Assembly: GCF_000787575.1 (NCBI RefSeq)
Contig: NW_012236524.1
Span: forward strand, 679,665 to 743,664
DNA length: 64,000 nt
From: Acytostelium subglobosum
Lineage: Eukaryota
Direction: 5' to 3'
The notes beneath the pieces are model-generated. The model did not search any database. It saw only the letters and a list, made by a program, of their open reading frames with translations, and was not told where the DNA came from. Shown here in pieces: positions 1 to 11,370 of the stretch. Numbering within the stretch: the first letter of the stretch is position 1; each line of letters starts with the position of its first letter. The translations under genes and the position numbers were made by a program.

Positions 1-1024
1 TCCATTCCAGCCAAACGACACCAATGCACCATTGTCATCAATGATCAATGTGTGAGAGAAGCCACAAGACACACGTCTTGTACTATCCTTTGTTGTGATT
101 GTCAGTCCATCAATCATCTTTGGTCGATATTGATGTTGGTTGTCGCCATGGCCAAGTTGTCCAAACTCGCCACTTCCCCAAGACAGCAGTTCTCCCCTGT
201 CTGTGAGTGCCATCGAGTAGTCTGATCCTGCATATATATCGACAATCCTGTGCTGCCGCAGTTGATCCAGCACGACTGGCAATGTGACCGGGGCAAGGTC
301 GTCTGATTGGCGACCGCCCAAACCGAGCTGTCCATCCTTGGCCCATCCCCAGACATAGACCTCTCCATTGCTGCTCAGCGCCATTGAGTGACCCCATCCA
401 CAAACTGCTTTGACAATGTTGACGCCATTCAGTGCGGTAACCTTTGTAGGTGTGACCTGATGCAGCTTATCACCATGACCCAGTTGATATTCTGATCCAA
501 CGCCAAAGGAGTATAATTGACCTTGTGTATCTACAATGAGTGTATGTCGTCTACCTCCCGCCACACTCTTTACCAACAAGTCATTATCATTGTTGTCCAC
601 ACGTGTAGGGTACGTGGCCTTGTAGTTTGTCTCCTTCTTTCCCTTCTCTCCACCTACAAATGATGTCCATCCCCATGAGTATAGTTTGGAGTCTAGTGAT
701 TAACGGGTAAGTACAAGGAATGATTGGGTCTCTATCAATCATATACATACCATTGCTTATGAACATGCTGTGATAGTGACCACAACCAATGTAGTTGAAC
801 TTTGAGTGGCCATCGACTTGTTCAATGTGATATGGATAAGCTTCGTAGCCATCTATGCGACCATTAGCTAGTTTACCATCGATGGCACAACCAAAGGAGT
901 ATAACTTGCTTGTACTAGTACTTGCCGAGCTCATACTACTCATACTCCTCGATTTAACCGAGTGTGTACTCAATGTAGACAGAGCAGTGCATGTCCCTGT
1001 CCCCAGTCGTCTAAACATATTCAT
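1..1024 (-). CDS. RCC1-repeat (regulator of chromosome condensation-like) protein, 5' part. Start ATG at 1024, exon 1 1024..751, intron 750..693, exon 2 692..1 continuing beyond the window.
   Basis: The minus-strand translation is continuous across 692..1 and shows repeated RCC1 blades (GELLSWGSGEFGQLGHGD, GEVYVWGWAKDGQLGLGG, VSCGFSHTLIIDDNGALVSFGWNG). Exon 1 (ORF 587..1024) ends ...FISNG, followed by a GTATGT donor and a TAG acceptor; the frame is restored only after removing the 58-nt intron. Confidence 0.65.
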
Positions 1025-1248
1025 GATTATAACTATATCTTATGCTGTATGGTATGGTATGTACACTATAGTGTTTCTCAATTTATACCTTGCAGCTAAC
1101 TACCTAATCGTCTGTCAATCAGTTCGTTCAAATTGTATGTGAATGGGCAAAGTGCCTTGATTATCTTCAGATCTGCGAACTTGCTTCATTTCATTAAATG
1201 AACACACTACAAAGAATTCATTCAACTCCACATTCGTCTACATTCATA

Positions 1249-1278
1249 AAGATAGAGATAGAGATAGAGATAGAGAGG
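1249..1278. repeat. (AGAGAT)n microsatellite in the divergent intergenic region between the RCC1 gene (-) and the FNIP gene (+)
   Basis: The sequence agatagagatagagatagagatagagag is read directly; a near-identical block occurs at 45127..45160. Confidence 0.8.
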
Positions 1279-1295
1279 CAAACAACAACAATAAC

Positions 1296-3743
1296 ATGGT
1301 TGTTTGTGCGATGTGTATAATATGTAGAAAGGAGTTACCTTATCTTGAAGTACCTAAACATGTTAGAGAGGAATGTCTACCATCTCTAGCAAAAGATTAT
1401 GGATTCAGCCTACCGACTGTAGAGGAGTTTGATCAGCTCAAGTCTCAGAACAATACTCTAAAGGATGAGAATGATACCCTAATCAACAAGTTGAAGCAAC
1501 TTGAACAAGAGGTCGAACTACTACAACAGAAGCTACTTCCACCGCCTCATCAACCTCCTCCTTCTCCTCTGGCTGCTATAGATCCTCCACCTCCTCCTTC
1601 CCATCCACCTCCTGCTGCTATTGATCCTCCTCCACCTCCTTCACATTCCAACATCAACACCGACAACAACACTGATAACAACAACAACAACACCGACAAC
1701 AAAGACAACAAAGACTATTTTGAATACAATATATTTGAATCTGGTGGTGGCAATGATTATTACAATGGCAATGACAATGAAGAAGATAATAATGAAATTG
1801 AAAGCAAGTGCAATATCAATGTGAAGAATGAAGATGTAGCCATGTCAGAGTCAAGTGAATCAACATCAGATGCGGTCGAGTCTGACGACGGCGGCGGTGA
1901 CATTGATGCTGGTGTGGATTGGCAAGCATGTCCATTATGCACTGAACTCATCATGATGGACCATTGGAGCGATCACATGTATGCTGATCACAGGGATCTG
2001 GTGGAGAGAGAGATTGAATTCTTCAGTGGCACTAGCAGCAACAACACAAACAGCAGTGCTGGAAACAAAAACAACAAGAGCAAAACACACAAGAGCGGAA
2101 CAAACAACAGCACCTACAACAACAAGAGCAATGGTAGCAAACCAGTCACACCATCAAAGAACACAACATTATCACCAGTCACAACGCCAAAGTCTACTAC
2201 ACCAATCACAACGCCCAAGTCCACACCAAAAACAATGACACCAACAAAGATGGAGATTATGTCAACGCCAAAGTCACCAGCAACCACGACGACCACTACG
2301 ACTACGACAACTACAACAAAAACAATACCATTGACACGCCAACGGGCAAGAGCACAGTCACCAATGGCCATATGTGGAGTCAATTTCCCAATCATTCTTT
2401 TGAGGATGATATATCAAAAACTGGATCCAGCGGACAAGGTGCTATTTTCACTAACATGCAAACAGTTCCACACATGGCTGCGGGAACAGTCACAACAAAT
2501 CGAACAACAAGTGATCTACGAGCATGAAAGTCCTATCAAGCGTGGAACAATCCCATCAACAGTCACATCTCTTACATTCAACGACTCTTTTCACATTGCC
2601 ATTCCACCGGGAAAACTGCCGTCGAGCATCACCTCGCTCAAGTTTGGTGCCAAGTACAACAGAATGTTCAAGAAAGAGGTGCTCCCCGACAACCTCATCG
2701 AGCTGACATTTGGCAACAGTTTCAATCGGCACATCGATGATGATTCATTCCCCACATCACTGAGAACACTCAGCTTTGGGCAAGGCGGCCAGTTTATGAA
2801 CAGCTTCAACATGAAGCTTACCAAGCGCACTCTCCCAAGGGAGCTCACATCTTTGACCCTTGGCGCAGCCTACAGACACCCGATGGAAGCAGGAGTACTC
2901 CCACCGGCACTCTGCTATTTTGACTTCTCTTTCAATGCGGTGCTGAATCATCAAGTGCTCCCTTCATCACTGCGAACACTCAAGTACATGCGACAACTAC
3001 CCGAGAACTTTGTCTATCCCCGGTCCCTCACCGAGTTGAGCGTCTATCGACAACCAACCACGGCGCCTGCAAGGATCAAATTGCTCTCCTTCATCTCTGC
3101 TAGTATCCCTGCTCCCGTTGCGCTGCCCCCGACGCTCACCTATCTGAGCGTTGAGAATATGGTGATTGCGCCACGATCACTCCCTCAAGAATTGCAAGTC
3201 CTGGAGTTTGGTCCAGTATTCAACCAAGTGATCGAGGAGCACATCCTTCCGGTGTCCATCACCACGCTCAGGTTTGGTGCCAAGTACAATCAACACATCA
3301 ACCCAGCTCACCTGCCTTCGGCACTCACATCGTTGTCGTTCGACAACTGCAACTTCCAGTTGCACACCCCCAACTCCCTGCCCAACTCGCTCCGTCGACT
3401 GAAAATATGCTCCAGCCCAAGCGACCAAGAGTACACCAGCACCGGGAAACCATTCCGCGAGGCAAAGTTGACCTCGCTAACCGTCGACCTGACTGGCGAG
3501 GAGAAGTTCCACGAGTTTGTCACCCTTAACCTTCCAAGGTTGGTCCTAGCTTTCCCAACAATCACAACCTTCATCCTCACTCATAGTACTTTAGACAAGG
3601 AGTGCATCCTGCGAATGACTGCAGAAGGTGGCGTAGTGGTGGCGACACATCAATACGATCATAGTGTGCCATCAGCATTTAGATTCTTAACAAGAGATCA
3701 ATTACTTGAAGCACCTGACCATAATGATAATGAAGCAACTTAG
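1296..3743 (+). CDS. FNIP-repeat protein (815 aa, single exon) with a Cys-rich N-terminus, a coiled coil, a poly-proline block and a C2H2-like finger
   Basis: About 15 tandem ~22-aa repeats of the form LPxSLxxLxFGxxFNQxI (e.g. LPSSITSLKFGAKYNRMFKKEVLPDNLIELTFGNSFNRHI) match the FNIP repeat family known from dictyostelids and mimiviruses. The N-terminus carries CAMCIICRKE, the PPPPSHPP runs and CPLCTELIMMDHWSDHMYADH. Confidence 0.8.
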   Translation: MVVCAMCIICRKELPYLEVPKHVREECLPSLAKDYGFSLPTVEEFDQLKSQNNTLKDENDTLINKLKQLEQEVELLQQKLLPPPHQPPPSPLAAIDPPPPPSHPPPAAIDPPPPPSHSNINTDNNTDNNNNNTDNKDNKDYFEYNIFESGGGNDYYNGNDNEEDNNEIESKCNINVKNEDVAMSESSESTSDAVESDDGGGDIDAGVDWQACPLCTELIMMDHWSDHMYADHRDLVEREIEFFSGTSSNNTNSSAGNKNNKSKTHKSGTNNSTYNNKSNGSKPVTPSKNTTLSPVTTPKSTTPITTPKSTPKTMTPTKMEIMSTPKSPATTTTTTTTTTTTKTIPLTRQRARAQSPMAICGVNFPIILLRMIYQKLDPADKVLFSLTCKQFHTWLREQSQQIEQQVIYEHESPIKRGTIPSTVTSLTFNDSFHIAIPPGKLPSSITSLKFGAKYNRMFKKEVLPDNLIELTFGNSFNRHIDDDSFPTSLRTLSFGQGGQFMNSFNMKLTKRTLPRELTSLTLGAAYRHPMEAGVLPPALCYFDFSFNAVLNHQVLPSSLRTLKYMRQLPENFVYPRSLTELSVYRQPTTAPARIKLLSFISASIPAPVALPPTLTYLSVENMVIAPRSLPQELQVLEFGPVFNQVIEEHILPVSITTLRFGAKYNQHINPAHLPSALTSLSFDNCNFQLHTPNSLPNSLRRLKICSSPSDQEYTSTGKPFREAKLTSLTVDLTGEEKFHEFVTLNLPRLVLAFPTITTFILTHSTLDKECILRMTAEGGVVVATHQYDHSVPSAFRFLTRDQLLEAPDHNDNEAT

Positions 3744-3779
3744 CAATGTTGGAAATGGCCACATCAATCATACTCATGA

Positions 3780-6700
3780 TTATGTGGTGCTGTTCATTGA
3801 TATCATGTCAATCCTCTTGTCTTCTCGTCTGAATCTGAGACGCTTCTTCAAGAACACGCCAGTGCCAATGGCTGCGGCCAGTAATATTGCCGCGCCTCCA
3901 ACGGCAACAGCGATTATCCACCAGTTGGACTTGTGTTCCACACATTTGTTCGTCAGTGAGTCCACACCACTGTCGGTTAGATAGGAGAAGTTGGGGTCGA
4001 TCACTGCTTGATCGCGGAATGAAGGGGTCACGAGCGCGAACACGACACCAAGCGTATCGGCTCCCTGGGTGTAGTTTGTCTGCTCAAAGAATGGATCAGT
4101 GAGGTCGAGTGTCCTGACATTGCTCACGCTGAGTCTTGAGTCGACCTGCACCACATTGATGAACTTGGACACCAACACCTTGTCACCGACCTGCATCTCA
4201 ATGTAGCGGAGGTCGCTCTGCTGATTGGGGTTCTGGCTGATTGTTGAATCATGGCATCGAGTCGACTTGGAAGGTGATTGGATGCGATAGATCAACTCGA
4301 GTGTGTTGGTATATGATTTGAATGGCCAGCCTGCAAGAGTAACGTCGGACTTGATCGAGTTGGCATCAATGAGGATAGTCTGGCCGCCAAAGTCCAATGT
4401 GGTCTGATTGATAAACTTGGTAATGTTGACTGTGATGTTGAAATCTTGGATATAGGATAGTGTACCAAATGATACTTGATTGGTTGTAGTGTTTACATTG
4501 ATATTCCATTGTACATCAGCCACTGGATATGTTACCAAAGGTACACCATTGCCATCCATCTCACGTATATGTGTGAAGAAGATTGAGAACTCTCCAAATA
4601 ATGCACTACTTGGGTTGACAACAGGGTCAACATTGGTTGTTGATGATGCTGTAGTATTACAAATTGGACCATTGTATCCCTCGGTTGTACAATTACATGT
4701 ACCATAAATACATTGACCTCTTCCAGAGCAAAGTGCTCCTGGTCCACATCCATCTGAAGTTTGGAATGATTGAATGAGTGATTGGATTATCAAACTTGGG
4801 CAACTTTGGGTACATACCTGTGTAAGTAAAGTTTAAGATGTTTGATAGTTGTCCACCAACATTCAATTGTAGTTTGTTCTGATTGAGTCCAGGGGGAATG
4901 TTGAAGCTGATTGATTGATGAGGTTGGATGATGGATAAGTTTAAGTTGGAGTTGATAGATTGGTCGCCATTGTAAATGAGTTGGATGACTGATGACTCAT
5001 TTCCAAACTGATCTCCAGTTAGTGTCACTAGACCACCATCAAATGGAGCTATTGATAGTGATTTCAACACTGGTGGATAATAACCAAGTTGGACTTGATT
5101 TGTAGTCTTGTTATTCTCCACATATAGTACAAGTGATCGAGCTGACCCATAACCACTTCCAAACATCACACCAAGAGTGTTGTTGTTCTGGAATGGAACA
5201 ATGTAGATTGGTTCAATCTTTAAACCACCTAATACCAATGTGTAGTTACTGCTTGATAGTTTGAGGTTGTCCACTGGGAGGCTGATCCAACCACCAGAAG
5301 TAGGAATTGTGAAATTGCCTGTCGTCAGGAATACAGGAGCAGGCAAGGTAGTATTAAATATAACATAGTAATAATTGTAAGCACCGACCAACTGCTTAAA
5401 GCTGAGTCCTGTCTTGGTATAGTCAGCTGACAATATTGTCATTGTGATGGCTTAAGTGGAATGGTGGGATTGGTTAGGAGTTGGACGTTTTGGTATGGCT
5501 TCTTGTACATACAAGTGTTGGAGATGACTGCTGTACCGGGAGAGAAGATTGCGCTATTTATAACATTGTTGGTCAGGATGTTTGCACCTTTGTGCGGACC
5601 ATTAATGAACTGGAAGCTTGCTAAATATGGATGTTAGAAAAGGGATTGTTTGTTTGAATGACGAGGGTATGTTACATACTGCTGACATTCTTTGATGGAT
5701 AGTACATTGATACATTGCTGAATAAACTTCTAACAAAGATCATATCACTTTGTTTCACTGGAGAGAATACCTGACATGGCAATCCTTCAGCCACAAAGTA
5801 TTCTTTAATCGGAATACCAGTGCTATAATAATTGCCAGTTGACATGATGAAACTGGAAGTATCCTTGTTGTCTATGAATGATAATAAAAAGATTGTTAGA
5901 TCATGATGCATTTGAACAAACCAAAGGTAATGATACATACACATAGCAATCCTTGAGATATCTTTCATGAGTACTCCACCAATCTGTATATCAACTGCTG
6001 ATATACCTTGCAAGGAGGTGACAGTTGTGGAGTTGATTGAGGCAGTAAGGTTACAAGTAAATGATCGATCAGGTACTAGCATCTTAAGTGGCTTGCAAGC
6101 TACCTTGAGGGTACTGATCTTCACTGACTCCACATACTCTAGCGAGTCACCAAAGTTCTGCCCATTGATTGTTATCAAGTCACCAGCATACAATCCAGGA
6201 TACATTGATGATATCATTGGCACTGTTTGATTGAGTTGGTCATGGTCAGTTGTTGGTTGATTGATTGGGTTGAGACTGAGAGTTTAGGGGTACATACTGT
6301 TTGGATGGTATCCCTTGTGGGAGTAGCTCTGGACACCATCCGTGATGAGTATGTCATACTCACCAACCATGAATGGTGTAGGACACTTGACTGATGTGCT
6401 GGAAACTGTGTTGAGTGTACATTCAAAGCTATCTCGCTTCCTTGTACTGTTGGTGATTGTAACTTTAAGATTTGATATGTTGAATGGTCGTTTGTCCAAG
6501 TTGGTGATTGTTATATTTCCAGGTTGGCAGTCTGTTGGCCATACAACTGGATCTTTCTCACCACCATACTCAATGAGTATACCTCCAATGTTCTGTTCAG
6601 TAGGTGACAGATCATCCCATGCATAGTTACGCCAAAAGTATACATCAGTCTGAGGTTCTGCTCTATTGTTATCAGGTTGATTCCTAATGAATCTACAGTA

Positions 6701-7179
6701 ACCAAAACACTTGCTATACTTCCTATCATACAATGGTTGGCCAGCCTCTGGTCCAGTTTTCCAAGAGTACAACGTCTCATCATTGGGTGGTCTAGAGTTC
6801 GCTCCAAGCCATAATGATTGATCATCAGCTAATCCAATATGTGAATGAGTTGAGTGAGTGAGGGAGTGGAATAGCTCCAATGTGTGTATACCAACATACC
6901 CATTTTGCTCACAACAAAGTTGTATTCACGTTGTGTTGTGATTGTGGCGAGATAACCTTTGGGATACTTGGAGGCAACATAGGCAGTTGCTTCATCATAG
7001 GTGAAGTTGAGTTTGGAACTATCTGTCGAGTACAACAAAGTGTAGTTATGCCCATTGTCTGGATTGGTGAATGTTGTTGTGGTCACCTGACCAACGACCA
7101 ATCCATATTTGATAAAGTTGGAATGAGCCAACAATGCTACAACTAATATGAATAATATTGGTTGTAATGATGAATCCAT
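3780..7179 (-). CDS. Type I transmembrane glycoprotein with signal peptide, C-type lectin-like domain, IPT/TIG-like repeats, an EGF-like module and one C-terminal TM helix; about 7 exons (ORF blocks 7179..6829, 6880..6284, 6223..5672, a small exon near 5640..5520, 5442..4693, 4793..3780).
   Basis: MDSSLQPILFILVVALLAHS is a signal peptide. WLGANSRPPNDETLYSWKTGPEAGQ...CQPGN has lectin-like spacing. PGLYAGDLITINGQNFGD is IPT-like. CGPGALCSGRGQCIYGTCNCTTEGYNGPIC is EGF-like. NWWIIAVAVGGAAILLAAAIGTGVFLKKRLRFRR is a TM helix plus basic stop-transfer. Frame changes between ORF blocks coincide with GTATGT..AG introns. Confidence 0.65.
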
Positions 7180-7602
7180 GGATATATCTTATTCTATATC
7201 TTGTTAGATAGATATTAGGTTTGATATTATGTTTGATAATAATTGTTGGAGTGTTGTTGATGATCGTGGTGTGGATAGGATTGGTTAGGAAGAAAGAAGA
7301 AGAAGTGGAGGAAGGACCACTCATCAGAGAAACATCGATCATCACGCGACACTGGGTATCGGAGTGATCAAAGAGACGGCTGTCAGGTCTTGAGGTATGC
7401 CCAATACCAGTTTGTAGATATTTTGGTTCTCATCTTAAGAGACTCTTCGTGGTCCACCCACGATCACTAAAAAATCTGCAAGTCTGGTTCGTGTAATCCC
7501 CGATGATTTGTAACGTTTGATGATAGTGATCGCGTATCTGTTGCTAAACGTGTCGATTGGCTGTGGCAGGGACAGTAATAGTTTATTCTTACCATCTCTC
7601 CA

Positions 7603-10600
7603 TCATTCTTCGATAGCATACTTCAACAAAAGGTCGTTGACCATGCTCAATCCCTTCTCAGCTGGCAGCTTCTCCAAGTCCATCTGTTTGAACTCCTCCA
7701 AGAACTGATTGATGTTCTTCTTCAATGACTGAGGCAAGGTGTGTGAGTTAGTGGGTGAGCTCGGGAGCGAGTGATTGAGGCGTGCCGGTACCAGTACTTA
7801 CATTTGATTCGAATGACTCTAGCTCGTTGGCTTTGGCCTTGGCCACGTCGATGACCTCTTGTGGGAAACCAGCCATGATGGCTACGTGTATACCGAAACT
7901 TTGATCGCAACTTCCTTCCTCAACCTTGTACATCAATGTCAGTCTGTTGTCACTAATGTTGGCAGATACATGAAGGTTGTTGACCACTGGAATCAGGTCG
8001 GACAGGACAGTGAGCTCGTGGAAGTGAGTGGCAAACAGACAAAAGGCACCGATCTGATTGCAAATGTACTCGGCAATGCCCCATGCCAGGCCAAAGCCAT
8101 CATAGGTGGACGTACCACGGCCAAGCTCATCGATAATGATCAAAGAGTTCTGAGTTGCCGTCCTCAAGATGTAGGACGTCTCGAGCATCTCTGCCATGAA
8201 CGTTGAGACACCACGAAGTTGACTATCACCTGCGCCAATCCTCGTCAATATGCAGTCAACGATCGAGATTGATGCCTCGTCAGCTGGAACAAAGCAACCA
8301 ATCTGTGCCATCAATATAATGATACCTGTCTGTCTAATGAATGTTGACTGTTTGTTTGATCGATTGAGTGAGTTAGTGAATGAGATGGATGGATGGATCG
8401 ATCATGGACATACCTTTCCACCCATGTTTGGACCAGTGATGACGTGGAACTTGGACTTGTCGCGTATTAGTTGAATGTCGTTTGGAATAAAGTTGACGCC
8501 GTCTTGTATCTCAACACAAGGATGTCTGCCGCCAACAATCACAGTGTCTCCAGTACCCATTGGATGCATCTTTGGTCGAACAAAAGGTGTTGGTGCTGTT
8601 GCTGATACATGTGCCAAACTAATGTTTGATTGAGTGAGTTAGTGAGTGATTGATTGATTCATCGAGTGATGAATAACTTACTTTACATATACATCAATGG
8701 TGGCAATAAGGGCACTCAGCTCATCGACCAATGGAATGAAACTGGCGGCCACATCGAGAGCTTGTTGGACAAGTGATTGTTGCTTCTCGGAGTAGAGACT
8801 GGCGAGCTTGGTGTACTGCTCGTTGAGTGTGCGCAGCTCGGTGGTGGAGAACCTGACTCCGTCCTTCTGTGTACCATGTGTGAAGTACTTGCTTGTGCTG
8901 CCACGAATCAGCTTCTCATCCTTGCGACCCATCCTGAACAGATAGCCATCCTTGTCCGACTGATGCAGCTTGAGCTTTGCCTCATCGATGCCCAGGTCAT
9001 CGGCAATCTTCTCTCGCAATTGATTGATCTTGTTCATGACGTTCTTCTTTTGTGTGTCGATTTTGGAAAGCACCTCGCTGAATGTCGATCGGATCACATA
9101 CTCGTGCGAGTCGTTGGCCAGGTCCAGGTCGATCGTCTGCTCGACCATCGCGAGGTACTGAGCAAAGTTGCTGACGATGCTCTCGAGGGGCACGGTGAAC
9201 GACTCGCTGACAAGCTCAGCGCACTGGCCCGAGTAGTTCTGTAGCGATGACAGGAGCACGGGGAGACGCTGCACGATGCCGTAGAGGTTGACGCAGTCCT
9301 CGAGGTTGGCCTTGCCACCGACAAACTTCTTGGACAGACGGTCGAGGTCGCATATCTTCTTGAGGTCGTTGGACTTGAGTGATTGGCGGAGTTCGAGCGC
9401 ATCGACAAAGACCTCGACAAAGTTGAGTCGCTTCTCAATCTCGTCGGCGTCGACTAGTGGCTGCTTGATCCACTGCGCCAGCTTCCTTGAGCCCATTGGT
9501 GTGTTGCACTTGTCCAGCAGGTTGAAGATGCTCATCGACTTGCTGCTCTCGTCGTCCGAGATGATGTTCAGGCCGCGGAACGTGGCCGAGTCCAGACGCA
9601 TGTAGCTGTCGAGATTGAATGTCTCCAGTTTGAACTTGCCAAAGTAGTTGGGGTTGGATAGCAGGTCGAGATGCTTGATGAGACAGCTGAGCGCCTGCAT
9701 TGCGTGCTCTTGATTGAGCTCATTCAGCACGCTGTTGACCGAGCCCAGCAACGTGGTCAGGTCTTGCTCGATGTTCTTGACGTTGAAGTCCGCGTTGGGG
9801 ATGTCGGTGAAGGGGAGGTCGCAGTCCTGCAGCTTCTCCACCACTCGCTTGTTGTCTACACTCTTCTCGTCCACGTGGATGAGGCACTCCTTGACGCCCA
9901 TCTGCAGCAGGAATGATCCCAAGTTGGACAGATGCTCGTTGTCGACGAACTGCAGGACGCCCAGTGTCTTGAGACTGGCGTCTCCAAATGCCGCACCAAT
10001 AACTCTGTTGCCCCGCTCGGATGACACGCGCAGTGCCACCATGAGTGATTGACCCTTCATATTGAGGACATCCTCGAACATTTGAATGTTGCCAGGTGAG
10101 CAATGTCTGGACACCTCCCACTGATTGATTCTGTTGGGCTTCTGTGACCATATCTCCACGCGTAGTTTCTCCGCCACCAACTTTTGAACGACGGTTTCAA
10201 ACTCAATGCCCTCTCTAATCGTCAGATAGGCAAAGCCAGGCTGAGCATCTTGTGATCCGCTGCCAATATTGTCATCGAGCATTGAACCGGAGCGTGATAG
10301 AGTTGGTTTGGCCTTGCTTGCTGCTGCTGATGTGTCAACACGTTGTTTCTTCAAAGGTGTTGAAGGTACATCAGCCCAATACTTGAGGGCTTTCATTGAT
10401 TTGAAGTGTAACATTGCAACAAACACAGCATCATCACCATGTATTGAGTAGTAACCCTGTTCAATCATTCATTGTTAGTGTTGTCCTACACATTCATCTC
10501 CTGCTTGCTTTGGCTCTGTCTGCCCTGCCTACCTACCTTTCTATCGAATAACTTTATAACATTATCTTTCTTCTCTATTGATTTATAGAATGTAACAAAT

Positions 10601-10650
10601 CCCTTATCCTCCTTCAACTGTACCTTCTCATCCTCTGCTGATGGTTCCAT
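7603..10650 (-). CDS. msh2: DNA mismatch repair protein MSH2 (MutS homolog); 5 exons, approximately 10650..10537, 10456..8678, 8617..8402, 8314..7802, 7728..7603
   Basis: The Walker A motif [11 protein letters not shown] is split across an intron. [25 protein letters not shown]...FATHFHELT is the MutS signature with MSH2-specific context. A cryptic first exon [38 protein letters not shown] joins [14 protein letters not shown], paralleling human MSH2 [20 protein letters not shown]. The last exon ([41 protein letters not shown]) follows a GTAAGT intron. Confidence 0.85.
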
Positions 10651-10899
10651 TCTTGTATGTATAGTATGTATGTTGTAATGAATGAACAGGCAAATGAATG
10701 AATGTGTGACGAAGTGTAGTGATTCAAATTGAAGTTAGTTTCGCGCGCAAAGTCACACTTCCAAGAATTCAAGATCTTGCCTTTGACACACTTAATTAAT
10801 TGAAGAGATATAACAAACAACAAATAATTGAAGTTATGTACAATATGTATTATTTGTATTTATTGTATTTATAAATATATCTATATATAAGAGATTAAA

Positions 10900-11370
10900 T
10901 TAGTTGAACTCCTCCTTGATGACAAGACCATCCTTCCACTCTTGCATAGCCCATTGAGTCTTTTGTACTCTGTGACCGCCATAGGTGAAGTCCATATACA
11001 TCTGGTATGCTGTGTTGTTGCCATCGATGATCAACTTCTCAACTCTTGCCTCGTGGAATGTAGCGTTCTTGAGGAAGTTCTCCTCGGCAATCCTATTGGC
11101 AGCCTTGCCCACACGGTTGGTTGAATCGCCCTTCTCATACATCACAATGTCCTTGTGATAGTACTTGTCAAAGATCTCTAATATTCTGCCCTCCAAAATA
11201 CCCTTGAGTATCTCTTGGATTCCCTCGGCCACCTGATAGTTCTCGGACTTAAAGCTATAATGTGGCACCTGTGCTACTGGTGCTGCTGCTGGGACAACCT
11301 TGGCAACTGTTGGAGGAACCTCAGTGGCGGACTTGGTGCTTGACTTGTGCTTTCTTGAGAAGAGACCCAT
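10900..11370 (-). CDS. Small hypothetical protein (156 aa), possibly NTF2-like/SnoaL-like fold
   Basis: A clean single ORF with GC3-rich codon usage matching neighbouring genes. The C-terminal half (ATFHEARVEKLIIDGNNTAYQMYMDFTYGGHRVQKTQWAMQEWKDGLVIKEEF) resembles NTF2-like domain patterns. The family assignment is inference only. Confidence 0.45.
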   Translation of the reverse strand: MGLFSRKHKSSTKSATEVPPTVAKVVPAAAPVAQVPHYSFKSENYQVAEGIQEILKGILEGRILEIFDKYYHKDIVMYEKGDSTNRVGKAANRIAEENFLKNATFHEARVEKLIIDGNNTAYQMYMDFTYGGHRVQKTQWAMQEWKDGLVIKEEFN

